The notes below the pieces were generated by a model. The model saw only the letters and a list, made by a program, of their open reading frames with translations, ran no database searches and had not been told where the DNA came from. A DNA stretch of 61,206 nt, counting the filler. It is 5 parts of 5 records of this genome, joined end to end, with 100 filler letters (N's around TTAATTAATTAA, not from the genome) between each part and the next. Parts side by side here need not be neighbours in the genome. Positions count along the whole stretch, not along the records: positions 31,668 to 55,112 come from DRR723986_5780; positions 55,213 to 61,206 come from DRR723986_5781; 3 more parts are not named here. The stretch is one strand, 5' to 3'. Both the position numbers and the translations under genes were made by a program. Below are positions 47,750-57,029 of the stretch, one piece after another. Position 1 is the stretch's first letter; each line of letters opens with the position of its first letter.

Positions 47750-49954
47750 ATGGCCAATGTGCGATCCCTTCCCAGACGAGTGGTCAGAAAGGCCCGCCGA
47801 GTTGGCCGGCACGTGCTGAACCGCGCAAAGGGGCGTCCGGCACCTGGCGATCCGCTGAACGAGGCCGAAATCGAGGCCGTGGGTGCGATGATCGACGAGC
47901 CCCGATACCTGGAAGACAATCCGGACGTCGCTGAGGCCGAAATGCGCGCCGCAGAACATTATGCGCTTTATGGTCACAAGGAGTCGCGGGCAGTCGTTAC
48001 CCTGTTCGACAATGAATGGTACTGCAACGCCCACGGCGTGGCGCATTCCAGCGGGCTTGCCCCTATGGTGCACTTCCTGCGTGTGGGACGCTGGGAGGAC
48101 ATGACGCCGTATCGTGCCTATCGCTCCTATCGCGAGCGTTTGCTGCATTGTGGCTTTTCGCCGGACTTTTACACGGCTAATACGCCCGGCGCGAACGGAT
48201 CATTGCTACGCCCGGTGGAGCACATGCTGCTCAGCCATCGCCACCTTGAGAAAGCCCCCCACCCCGACTTCGATTCCGACTATTATCTAAACAAACACAT
48301 CGAGCCGTATTTTCCGGTCCGCAATCCCTTTGTCCATTACGCCTTGATCGGCCGAGACCTAGGCAAACCGCCGCGGGCGCAGCTGGCAGGGGATTACCAG
48401 CTACTGAAGGATTCGCGCTATGTAACGCCTGCGGATTGGCCGGGCGCCTTTGGTGCGCGCCATGCTGGTTTTTTTCACCCCTACGGACAGTTTGCTGCGC
48501 TGGAGTCCCTAGCGGAAATTAAGTCACTCAGCTGGTTCGATGCAAACTGGTACCGGCAATGCTATGTGGGCCGCCAGGTTTCAGCAGGGGAGGCCTTTCT
48601 CGATTATCTGCGCCGCGGCCGGGCAATGGGCCATCTGCCCCGGGAGGTGGATACGTCTGTTGCCACGCAGGAGGCAACGCTTCGGGATGGTGGCTTCGAT
48701 GCGGATTTCTACACTTCTCACACGCCGGCCGTGCAGATCACCGGGGAAGACCCGCTGAAGCATTTCATGGCGCAGGGGGCCGACCCAACTTCGGACCCAG
48801 CGCCGTATTTCGAAACCAAATGGTACGCACGTAACTATCCGGGCGTTGCGGCCACAGGGCTGAATCCGTTTTATCACTATCTAACGCTGGGCAAGATTAT
48901 GGGCCATCAACCGAATCCCGCAGACGCCATGCTGGCTGAAGACTGTGCGCTCATGAAGCGCCATGGCTTCGATCCAGACTTCTACATCGCGTCGTATCCG
49001 GAACTGGGGCTGACCAGGGATCAGACGTTGCGCCACTATGCGACGGCGGGGTGGATTGCCGGGCTGGACCCGTGCGGATGGTTTTCCACCAAATGGTACC
49101 TGTCTAACTATCAGGATGTGCGGGTCGCGGCCATTAACCCCTTCGTCCACTATATCCGGTACGGCAAGCTGGAGAGCCGGACACCGTCTGCAGCGGAGAA
49201 CCAGCAGGCATATAAAGATTTCTCGGCCACCGAAAAGATTAAGGAATTGCAACTGGCCGTCATCACTGAGAGGACTGCGCGGCAACGGGCCACGGCATTT
49301 GCTGCAGAGCTAAGGGACAAGCTCACGCATGGCGGTAATTCGGGAACCGAGAGCTTCGGCACCAGCCCGGGCAAGCAGGACATTTGCTACAGCATGGTGG
49401 CGCGCACTCTGCTCGCCTGGCTTGCGCCTGCGCCGGAAGAGCGCGTGCGGGTCAAAGCCGAACTTGAATTCGACATTATCAACCGCCTGCTGGAAGAAAT
49501 ATCGGTCATTGGCCACCAGCAACATCTTGTAAATCTCGACAGATCCTCAGCTCTCTGGTCGGCCTTGATGCGAATATCGCTGCACCTGTCCGGCAAGACC
49601 GATCATGTTCTGCAGACTGTGAAACCGCCCGGTGAATGGGGCATTCAGGAGATCGAGCGACTGCTGAACCTCACGGAACTATCCGAAACCCTCGATGCTC
49701 CTCCCACGCCGGGACAGGGCGCGGCGGTGTCGCTTCTGCGCCTCGATGCGAATAATCTTGGAGACCAGCAAACACTACACCAATGGATTTCGCACCTTGG
49801 CAGTGGGGCTTTTGTGTTGCTGCACAGCGATGCCCCGGCAAAGCACAGGCAATCAGAAAAAAACGTTGTGGAGCTGCTGGAGTCCTGCGGCCTGCGGGCT
49901 GTTGAGAAGCAAATCAGCAACAGCCTCACGCAGTGGCAAGTCTTCCCTTCCTGA
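47750..49954 (+). CDS. Hypothetical protein with about nine FD..WY...NP..HY...G repeats
   Basis: Repeated 35-38 aa units such as FETKWYARNYPGVAATGLNPFYHYLTLG and FSTKWYLSNYQDVRVAAINPFVHYIRYG. Confidence 0.8.
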   Translation: MANVRSLPRRVVRKARRVGRHVLNRAKGRPAPGDPLNEAEIEAVGAMIDEPRYLEDNPDVAEAEMRAAEHYALYGHKESRAVVTLFDNEWYCNAHGVAHSSGLAPMVHFLRVGRWEDMTPYRAYRSYRERLLHCGFSPDFYTANTPGANGSLLRPVEHMLLSHRHLEKAPHPDFDSDYYLNKHIEPYFPVRNPFVHYALIGRDLGKPPRAQLAGDYQLLKDSRYVTPADWPGAFGARHAGFFHPYGQFAALESLAEIKSLSWFDANWYRQCYVGRQVSAGEAFLDYLRRGRAMGHLPREVDTSVATQEATLRDGGFDADFYTSHTPAVQITGEDPLKHFMAQGADPTSDPAPYFETKWYARNYPGVAATGLNPFYHYLTLGKIMGHQPNPADAMLAEDCALMKRHGFDPDFYIASYPELGLTRDQTLRHYATAGWIAGLDPCGWFSTKWYLSNYQDVRVAAINPFVHYIRYGKLESRTPSAAENQQAYKDFSATEKIKELQLAVITERTARQRATAFAAELRDKLTHGGNSGTESFGTSPGKQDICYSMVARTLLAWLAPAPEERVRVKAELEFDIINRLLEEISVIGHQQHLVNLDRSSALWSALMRISLHLSGKTDHVLQTVKPPGEWGIQEIERLLNLTELSETLDAPPTPGQGAAVSLLRLDANNLGDQQTLHQWISHLGSGAFVLLHSDAPAKHRQSEKNVVELLESCGLRAVEKQISNSLTQWQVFPS

Positions 49955-52907
49955 GAGCCGCCTCGCTTGGGGCGTAGTAGGAGTTGAAAGAGCTCTTCCT
50001 GGTGCGGACGGATTTCCCACGTTCGTTCATGGTGTCCACAGCGGAGCGAATAGTCGTGGCGATCCGGTAATAGGTGTCCGCAGACTCTATCGGCAGCAGA
50101 TATCCGAGATTCGACTCGCGCAGTCTTTCACCAATTGCGCCGATATCGAACGCGATGACGGGCAATTGCTGGTCCAGCGCTTCCGACAGGCGATAGGAAA
50201 AAGTTTCCGGAATTGTGCTGGGAAAGAAGAATGCGTCAGCACCGTAGCGGAACAACATATCCTGAAACGTGTTCTCCAGATATTCGCCCAGCACGGTAAC
50301 GTTCTCGCGTTCCTTCAGATCTTTGTCCCGGTCAGTTATGCCGTACACAAAGAAGGAGAGGTCCGGTTCATGACTGGCGCAATAGTCAGCCAACTTGACT
50401 AGGCGGTTCGATCCCTTGTGCGCGCCCAGAGGGCCGATCACGCCTACCCGAATCGGCTGGTCGAGGCCGTCGGAATTTGTATCCGGGCCGTCCAGCATGT
50501 CGTGGGGACGAAGCCAAAACTTCACGTCGGGATAGAATTCGCCGACACGCTCAACTACGTCACACGAAGGCGCGATCACACCCGTTGCGGAGCGCAGGAT
50601 GCGCGAAAACAGCTGTCGCCAGCTTTGTACATCTGGTCGACCGAAATGGGCCGCTGTGCGGGCGATGATCCGGTTCTCGTCATCATCGCTCAGTCTGCCA
50701 ACATATTCCCCATCCGGTCCGGAAAGATGCAGGCGCGGCGAGATCGCCGTGTAGTCATGGCAAGTGTAGTAATATGGGACGTCTGCTTCCAGCAGCGACA
50801 GGTAAATCGATTCGATCGATTCCAGTGTCAGGCCCACCAGACCGTGTATGTGGGCGAATTCGATGCGCAGATTGCGCAGAACTTCCGCCATCAGGCTCGG
50901 TCCGTCGGACAGATCCACGGGGCACATATCCTCAATCGTGTCGCCGAGGAAGCCAAGGCAAAGGATCTTGCGGAACGGGTCCACTTTCGCGGCCAGAACC
51001 TGGATGCCCTCGCTGCGGAGCATGGCGGCCAAGTCGCGCGTGTGGCGAGCCACGCCGCCACCTTCCAGATTGGTGATGAACAGACAGGTCCGGTCGCCGC
51101 AGGCATCCTTGACCCGGCTGAAGGCATCGTGTTCGGAGACGGACAGGAAGTCGCTTTGCCTGAAAGTTGCCTGCGAGCTTTCGCGCGTTCCGCGCAGCCG
51201 CGTGACCACTGTTTCGGATATGATTTCCCTGACCATTTCCTCGTAGAAGTACTCCATCTGGCCAGGGGCGGCTCCCTGGTTGGCGATGGCAGCGGCACGG
51301 CGCTCCATGCGCTTGGTTTCTTCAAGTGTCTTTTCCAGTTCCGCCATCTGCATGGAATGCACAGGGTGCTGACGAAAGGATTCGTACGTCGTGCGAAGGC
51401 CTTCGGCAGCTTTGTCTATACGAAGGGCCGCCGAGGTGATGGACCATTCGATCTCACTGAGGCATTCGTCGATGCCGAGGAATTCATATTCCAGTGCGAG
51501 GTCCGCCCAGAGGCTCACGTCTTCCGATATGTGCCGGTCTTCCGGGAAACGGTGACCTGAATCGGCTACCAGACGGTTCAGCATAACGGTTGGCGTGGCA
51601 ACGAGGCACATTCCGATGAGTTCGGGATAGACATTGCCGGTCTGCGTGCCCGAGGAAACGATGCCGCGGGCCTGCGACGCCGCCGGGAAGAAGACGTAAT
51701 AGGAAGTGTGCGATACCATCGCGCCTTCTTCCATCATGGCGCCCACCTGGCGCTCGATCTTTTCCGGCATGAAGATGTCATCGGCATCGATGAAGCAGAT
51801 ATAGTCGCCGCGGGCGAGGTCCAGTCCATGGTTGCGGGCGCCGGCAGGCCCGGTGTTATCTTGCCGCACATAGCGGATGCGATGGTCGCTGTCGCAGACG
51901 GCGATGAGCGTGGACATGTCCGACGTCGAACCATCGTCCACGACGATCAGTTCGAAATTCCGGTAGGTCTGGTTTAGCACGCTATGCACGGAACGGATTG
52001 CAGTGCCGGGTTCATTGAACACCGGCATAATGACCGAGATCAGCGGCATGTGAGTCAGGCTTTCCGCCAGCTTCCGCTTTGCGAAGCGCGCAGCCTTCGT
52101 GTACGGAGTTTTTTCTAGGAAATCTGAAATTTCCTTCAGGAAGGCGCGCGTGCTACCCCAAGGCTGGATCGCCGCCATATGGCTGCGCGATTCGATCATC
52201 TCCTTCCATAGAATATCGCCTTCCATCGTCGCGGCTGCCGTTTGCGTGCCCTGGCCGGGGTGGATGCGGTACAGCACCAGGCATTCGGGCTGAAAGTAGA
52301 AGTCATAGGTCTTCAGCAAATCGTTCCAGAACGCGTAATCCTGAGAATTGCGCCGGTGCACTTCGAAATGGCCCACGGCCCGCATCACATGCATTGGCAC
52401 ATAGACCGTGCAGCCATTGATCATGCCGCGTGGCAGGCTCGTTGCGCCGCCTTCGAATAGTTTTTCGGCTGTAAACTGCAGCATGACGTACGGCACACCG
52501 GAGCTGTTGATCAGGGCGTAATTGCTGAATAGGCAGGCGTCAGGATTGCCGATTCGGGCATGGAATTCCACCTGCTTGAGGATCTTGTCCGGCAGGAACA
52601 GGTCGTCATGGCTGAGCCAGGTGAAGATATCACCCGTGGCATTATCCAGGATTGTATTGAGCGCCGCTGCAACGCCGCCGTTCTCCTGCTTGATGTAGCG
52701 GATCTTGTCGGGATGAGCTGCTGCGATGCGCTGGCAATAGCGGTCGGTATAGCCGCCATCATCAGACCCATCATTGCAGATGACGATCTCGATATTGTCG
52801 TAGCTCTGCGCCAGCGCACTTTCCACCGCCAGAGGGAAATACCGTCCGCCATTGTAGACCGGCATGGCAATCGTGACCTTGGGCTTGCTCAGGTCGAATT
52901 TCGTCAT
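49926..52907 (-). CDS. Multidomain glycosyltransferase GT2-GT2-GT4
   Basis: MPVYN/NDGS.D/WLSHDD; MPVFN/DDGS/FIDADD; C-terminal GT-B with GGGV, CHDY, HKG and PETFSY.LSEA. Confidence 0.88.
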   Translation of the reverse strand: MTKFDLSKPKVTIAMPVYNGGRYFPLAVESALAQSYDNIEIVICNDGSDDGGYTDRYCQRIAAAHPDKIRYIKQENGGVAAALNTILDNATGDIFTWLSHDDLFLPDKILKQVEFHARIGNPDACLFSNYALINSSGVPYVMLQFTAEKLFEGGATSLPRGMINGCTVYVPMHVMRAVGHFEVHRRNSQDYAFWNDLLKTYDFYFQPECLVLYRIHPGQGTQTAAATMEGDILWKEMIESRSHMAAIQPWGSTRAFLKEISDFLEKTPYTKAARFAKRKLAESLTHMPLISVIMPVFNEPGTAIRSVHSVLNQTYRNFELIVVDDGSTSDMSTLIAVCDSDHRIRYVRQDNTGPAGARNHGLDLARGDYICFIDADDIFMPEKIERQVGAMMEEGAMVSHTSYYVFFPAASQARGIVSSGTQTGNVYPELIGMCLVATPTVMLNRLVADSGHRFPEDRHISEDVSLWADLALEYEFLGIDECLSEIEWSITSAALRIDKAAEGLRTTYESFRQHPVHSMQMAELEKTLEETKRMERRAAAIANQGAAPGQMEYFYEEMVREIISETVVTRLRGTRESSQATFRQSDFLSVSEHDAFSRVKDACGDRTCLFITNLEGGGVARHTRDLAAMLRSEGIQVLAAKVDPFRKILCLGFLGDTIEDMCPVDLSDGPSLMAEVLRNLRIEFAHIHGLVGLTLESIESIYLSLLEADVPYYYTCHDYTAISPRLHLSGPDGEYVGRLSDDDENRIIARTAAHFGRPDVQSWRQLFSRILRSATGVIAPSCDVVERVGEFYPDVKFWLRPHDMLDGPDTNSDGLDQPIRVGVIGPLGAHKGSNRLVKLADYCASHEPDLSFFVYGITDRDKDLKERENVTVLGEYLENTFQDMLFRYGADAFFFPSTIPETFSYRLSEALDQQLPVIAFDIGAIGERLRESNLGYLLPIESADTYYRIATTIRSAVDTMNERGKSVRTRKSSFNSYYAPSEAALRKGRLATA

Positions 52908-53118
52908 CGTGATGTAATTTCTGTTATTTCCGGGCCGGACGCCTATGCGCGCCACTTGACTTTTTTATGGCGTCTAACGGGCAGGCGCAACTCGGGTTCG
53001 AGGTCGGACTGCTCAGAAATACTTAAGCTAATCTCGTGTCTGCCCCGTGACAGCCAAGCTATAATGAGAAAATAGTTGCATATGGAACTAAATTCCGTTC
53101 CGTAGTATAAGATTGAAT

Positions 53119-53994
53119 ATGGATACCTCGACTCTCCAGAACCGCTACGAAAACGCGCTTCGTGCGTCCGATTTCACAATCGATCAGGAGTGGGAGACCT
53201 ACAGCGCCGAGGAGCATGACCGTTGGGACCGGCTCTTCCGCCGCCAGAAGGAGGTCACCCGTGGCCGGGCCTGCTCAGCCGCGCTGGAAGCCATGGAGGC
53301 CCTTGAGCTTTCCCCATCAGGCATTCCGCACATGGGGCGCCTGTCCGATCGGCTGGAGAAGATCACGGGCTGGCGGGTCGTGCCGGTTGCGGAACTGGTA
53401 CCGGACGAGATTTTCTTTGATCATCTGGCGAACCGGCGATTCCCGGCGGGGGCGTTTATCCGTCCTGAAGCCGAGTTCGATTACCTGCAGGAACCGGACA
53501 TCTTCCACGACATTTTCGGCCATGTGCCGCTGCTGGCCAATCCGGTCTTTGCAGACTTCATGGAAGCCTATGGCAAGGGCGGGCAGCGCGCGATGCGGCT
53601 CGGCCAGCTTCACAATCTGGCCCGGCTCTACTGGTACACGGTGGAGTTCGGCCTGATCCGCGAAGACGAGGGCCTGCGCATCTATGGCGCCGGTATTTTG
53701 TCCAGTCCGCAGGAAACCGTCTTCGCTCTGGAAGACGACAGCCCGAACCGGATCGGTTTCGACGTGCAGCGCCTGATGCGCACGAAGTACATCATTGATG
53801 ACTTCCAGCAGACCTATTTCGTCGTCGACAGTTTCGAAGCTCTGCTTGACACTTGCTACAAGGATTTCGGTTCGGTCTACGCCGACGTGAAAGGCCAGCC
53901 CGACTACGAAGCGCACGAGATTGCGCCAGGTGACGACGTGCTTCATCGCGGCACGCACGCCTATTTCGATCAGGGCGGACGAAAGAAGGCCTGA
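53119..53994 (+). CDS. phhA: Phenylalanine 4-monooxygenase
   Basis: EPDIFHDIFGHVPLL, YWYTVEFGL and YGAGILSS. Confidence 0.95.
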   Translation: MDTSTLQNRYENALRASDFTIDQEWETYSAEEHDRWDRLFRRQKEVTRGRACSAALEAMEALELSPSGIPHMGRLSDRLEKITGWRVVPVAELVPDEIFFDHLANRRFPAGAFIRPEAEFDYLQEPDIFHDIFGHVPLLANPVFADFMEAYGKGGQRAMRLGQLHNLARLYWYTVEFGLIREDEGLRIYGAGILSSPQETVFALEDDSPNRIGFDVQRLMRTKYIIDDFQQTYFVVDSFEALLDTCYKDFGSVYADVKGQPDYEAHEIAPGDDVLHRGTHAYFDQGGRKKA

Positions 53995-54054
53995 CCGGGC
54001 GCCATCGTCACTTCTGCGCTTGACCCTTGAGAAAAAACAGAAGATCGACTTGGG

Positions 54055-55008
54055 ATGCATTACGCCCCCCGTATTCTCGTTACCGGCGGTGCCGGCTTTA
54101 TCGGTTCCTTCCTGTGCGAGCTCCTGCTCGACTCCGGCGCGGAAGTCCTGTGCGTGGACAATTTCTTCACCGGCCGGCGGACCAATGTCGCCCACCTTCT
54201 GGACAATCCCCGCTTCGAGATCATGCGCCACGACGTGACGTTTCCGCTCTTTGTGGAAGTCGACCAGATCTACAATCTGGCCTGTCCGGCGAGTCCGATC
54301 CATTACCAGTTCGATCCGGTCCAGACGACAAAGACCAGCGTGCATGGTGCGATCAACATGCTGGGTCTCGCCAAGCGGACCCGTGCGAAGATCCTCCAGG
54401 CCTCGACCTCGGAAGTCTATGGCGATCCGGAAATCCACCCGCAGCGGGAAGAGTATTGGGGCAATGTGAACCCGATCGGCCTGCGCTCCTGCTATGATGA
54501 GGGCAAGCGCTGCGCCGAGACGCTGTTTTTCGATTATCACCGCCAGCACAATGTGAAGATCAAGGTCGCCCGGATCTTCAACACCTATGGCCCGCGCATG
54601 CATCCGAATGATGGCCGCGTCGTCTCGAACTTCATCGTGCAGGCGCTGCGCGGCGAAGACATCACGCTTTATGGCGACGGCCAGCAGACGCGCAGTTTCT
54701 GCTTCGTCTCAGACCTCGTAGATGGCCTAATCCGGCTGATGAATTCCGAGGATGAGGTCACCGGCCCGATCAATCTGGGCAATCCCGGAGAGTTCACCAT
54801 GCGCCAGCTCGCCGAGACGGTGCTGGAACTGACGGGCTCGAAATCCGGGATCGTCAACCGGCCTCTGCCATCGGATGACCCGCGCCAGCGCCAGCCGGAT
54901 ATTTCAAAGGCGAAGTCCGCGCTCGGCTGGGAACCGACCATCCCGCTCGCCGAAGGCCTGAAGCCGACCATCGAGTATTTCCGGAACGAGATTGCGGAGA
55001 TGGTTTAG
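54055..55008 (+). CDS. uxs: UDP-glucuronate decarboxylase (UDP-xylose synthase)
   Basis: [40 protein letters not shown] and DDP..R.PDI. Confidence 0.93.
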   Translation: MHYAPRILVTGGAGFIGSFLCELLLDSGAEVLCVDNFFTGRRTNVAHLLDNPRFEIMRHDVTFPLFVEVDQIYNLACPASPIHYQFDPVQTTKTSVHGAINMLGLAKRTRAKILQASTSEVYGDPEIHPQREEYWGNVNPIGLRSCYDEGKRCAETLFFDYHRQHNVKIKVARIFNTYGPRMHPNDGRVVSNFIVQALRGEDITLYGDGQQTRSFCFVSDLVDGLIRLMNSEDEVTGPINLGNPGEFTMRQLAETVLELTGSKSGIVNRPLPSDDPRQRQPDISKAKSALGWEPTIPLAEGLKPTIEYFRNEIAEMV

Positions 55009-55112
55009 GGGCGGTTGCACTTGCGCGGCGGGCATTCATTTCCTGAAATCGATCCTCGATCGATTTCTGCACCTGCGGTGCCGGTGAGCGGCTCGAGACA
55101 TGGGTGACAGAT

Positions 55113-55212
55113 NNNNNNNNNNNNNNNNNNNNNNNNNNNNNNNNNNNNNNNNNNNNTTAATTAATTAANNNNNNNNNNNNNNNNNNNNNNNNNNNNNNNN
55201 NNNNNNNNNNNN
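55113..55212. other. Artificial contig-joining spacer
   Basis: N44-TTAATTAATTAA-N44. Confidence 0.99.
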
Positions 55213-55899
55213 CGCGATCCAGCCCACACCGGCGGTCATGCCTTCGGTCCATTGCGGCACGCGGATCAGGCTGATGTACGCCCCGCCAACACCCGCACAG
55301 GCCCCGCCAAACATGATCGCCAGGGTGCGAATGCGCACCACCTTGTAGCCCAGGGCATGCGCCGCATCATGGCTCTCGCCCACCGCCCGCAGGATCAGCC
55401 CGGCACGGGTGAATTTCAACACTGCCCAAGTCGCGGCGACCAACGCGATTCCGAGGTAGAGGATGATGTCATGGGTGAACAGGATCGGACCGATCACCGG
55501 AATATCTGCCAATGGGCCAAAGTTTATATCGCCCAGCCGTGGCGGTTTGATCCCCACATAGGATTGCCCCAAAAGCGCCGAAAGCCCCAACCCGAACAGC
55601 GTCAGCGCCAGACCAGAAGCGACCTGATTGGCCAGAGTGATCTGCGTCAGGAAGGCGAAAAGCAAGCTCAGCGCCGCACCGCCCACCGCCGCCGCCACAA
55701 AGCCCAGCATCGGCGATCCGGTTTCCACGGCCGTGGCAAAGCCGCAAATCGCGCCGGTGATCATCATCCCCTCAACCCCAAGGTTCAGCACCCCGGACTT
55801 TTCGACAACGAGTTCTCCGATGGCCGCAAAGATCAGCGGCGTCGCCGCCACGAGGAAACCGGCGATAAACAGAATCGGGTTGATTGCTGAAAGGTCCAT
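55213..55899 (-). CDS. Purine/nucleoside ABC transporter permease (3' truncated)
   Basis: EKSGVLNLGVEG, RAVGE...A.ALG and G.GW.A. Confidence 0.9.
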
Positions 55900-56981
55900 C
55901 ACGCCACCTCCGCCCGGCCAAAGCGCAGCCGGTAATTTGTGAACATATCCAGTGCCAGCAGGAAAAACAAAAGCATCCCCTGAAACACCTGAATGGCCGC
56001 GGCGGGCAGGCCCAGATTGCTCTGCGCGATGTCCCCGCCAATATAGGTCAACGCCATAAGCAAACCGGCCAGCAGAATACCCACCGGATGCAACCGCCCC
56101 AGAAACGCCACGATAATTGCGGTGAAGCCATAGCCAACGTTGAAATCAATTGTCACCTGACCCGCCGGACCGGAAACCTCGAACAGCCCCGCCAAACCGG
56201 CCAGCAGCCCCGACATGCCCATGCAGAACAACACCAGCCGCGTCGGGTTCACCCCTGAAAACTTTGCCGCACGCGGTGCTTCGCCGGTGACACGAATGGC
56301 AAAGCCAAGGCGGTGCTTGCTCAGCAGCACATAGGCAAAGATCACCGCAATCATCGCCGCGACGACACCCCAATGCATGCCCGTGCCTTCGATCAGATCA
56401 CCGTTAAAGGCGCTCTGATATTGTTGCAGGTTGCGCGAGCCGGGAAAGCCGAAGCCTTCGGGGTTTTTCAACAATCCCAATGACATGGAGGCCAGAAACT
56501 GCTCCGCCACATAGACCAGCATCAAGGACACCAAAATCTCGTTGGTGCCAAACTTCACTTTGAGAACCGCAGGGATCATCGCCCAGACCCAGCCACCAAA
56601 GGCCCCCGCCATCACCATCAACGGAAAGATGTACCAGGCCTCAAGCGGATAAAACGCCAGCCCCATGCCCGCGCCAAATAGCGCGCCCATGATGTATTGC
56701 CCCTCGGCCCCGATGTTCCAGATCCCCGCCTTGAACCCAAGGCTCAGCCCGATCGCAATCAAAACCAGCGGCGCCCCTTTGATCAACAGTTGCGGGCGAT
56801 AATAGAACGCAAATTCACCAAACAATGGCTCCCAGAAAATCGTCTGGATCGAGGTCAACGGATCTTTGCCAAGCGCCATAAACAACAGCCCGCCAAACAC
56901 CATCGTCGCCAGAACCGCCAACACCGGCGTCGCCAGCGAAAATGCACGGCTTGGTTCTGGTCGCTTTTCCAACCGGATCAT
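55899..56981 (-). CDS. Purine/nucleoside ABC transporter permease
   Basis: WNIGAEGQ, NEIL.SLML and GYGFTAIIVAFLG. Confidence 0.9.
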   Translation of the reverse strand: MIRLEKRPEPSRAFSLATPVLAVLATMVFGGLLFMALGKDPLTSIQTIFWEPLFGEFAFYYRPQLLIKGAPLVLIAIGLSLGFKAGIWNIGAEGQYIMGALFGAGMGLAFYPLEAWYIFPLMVMAGAFGGWVWAMIPAVLKVKFGTNEILVSLMLVYVAEQFLASMSLGLLKNPEGFGFPGSRNLQQYQSAFNGDLIEGTGMHWGVVAAMIAVIFAYVLLSKHRLGFAIRVTGEAPRAAKFSGVNPTRLVLFCMGMSGLLAGLAGLFEVSGPAGQVTIDFNVGYGFTAIIVAFLGRLHPVGILLAGLLMALTYIGGDIAQSNLGLPAAAIQVFQGMLLFFLLALDMFTNYRLRFGRAEVA

Positions 56982-57029
56982 GCGCGGCCCCCTGCTTCAT
57001 TTGGCAAGAAAAACTCCTGCGCTGCGTGA

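Noticed and set aside
47891-49186. CRISPR array or DNA tandem repeat
   Set aside because: The repetition is only at protein level; there are no identical DNA repeats with spacers and no cas genes.
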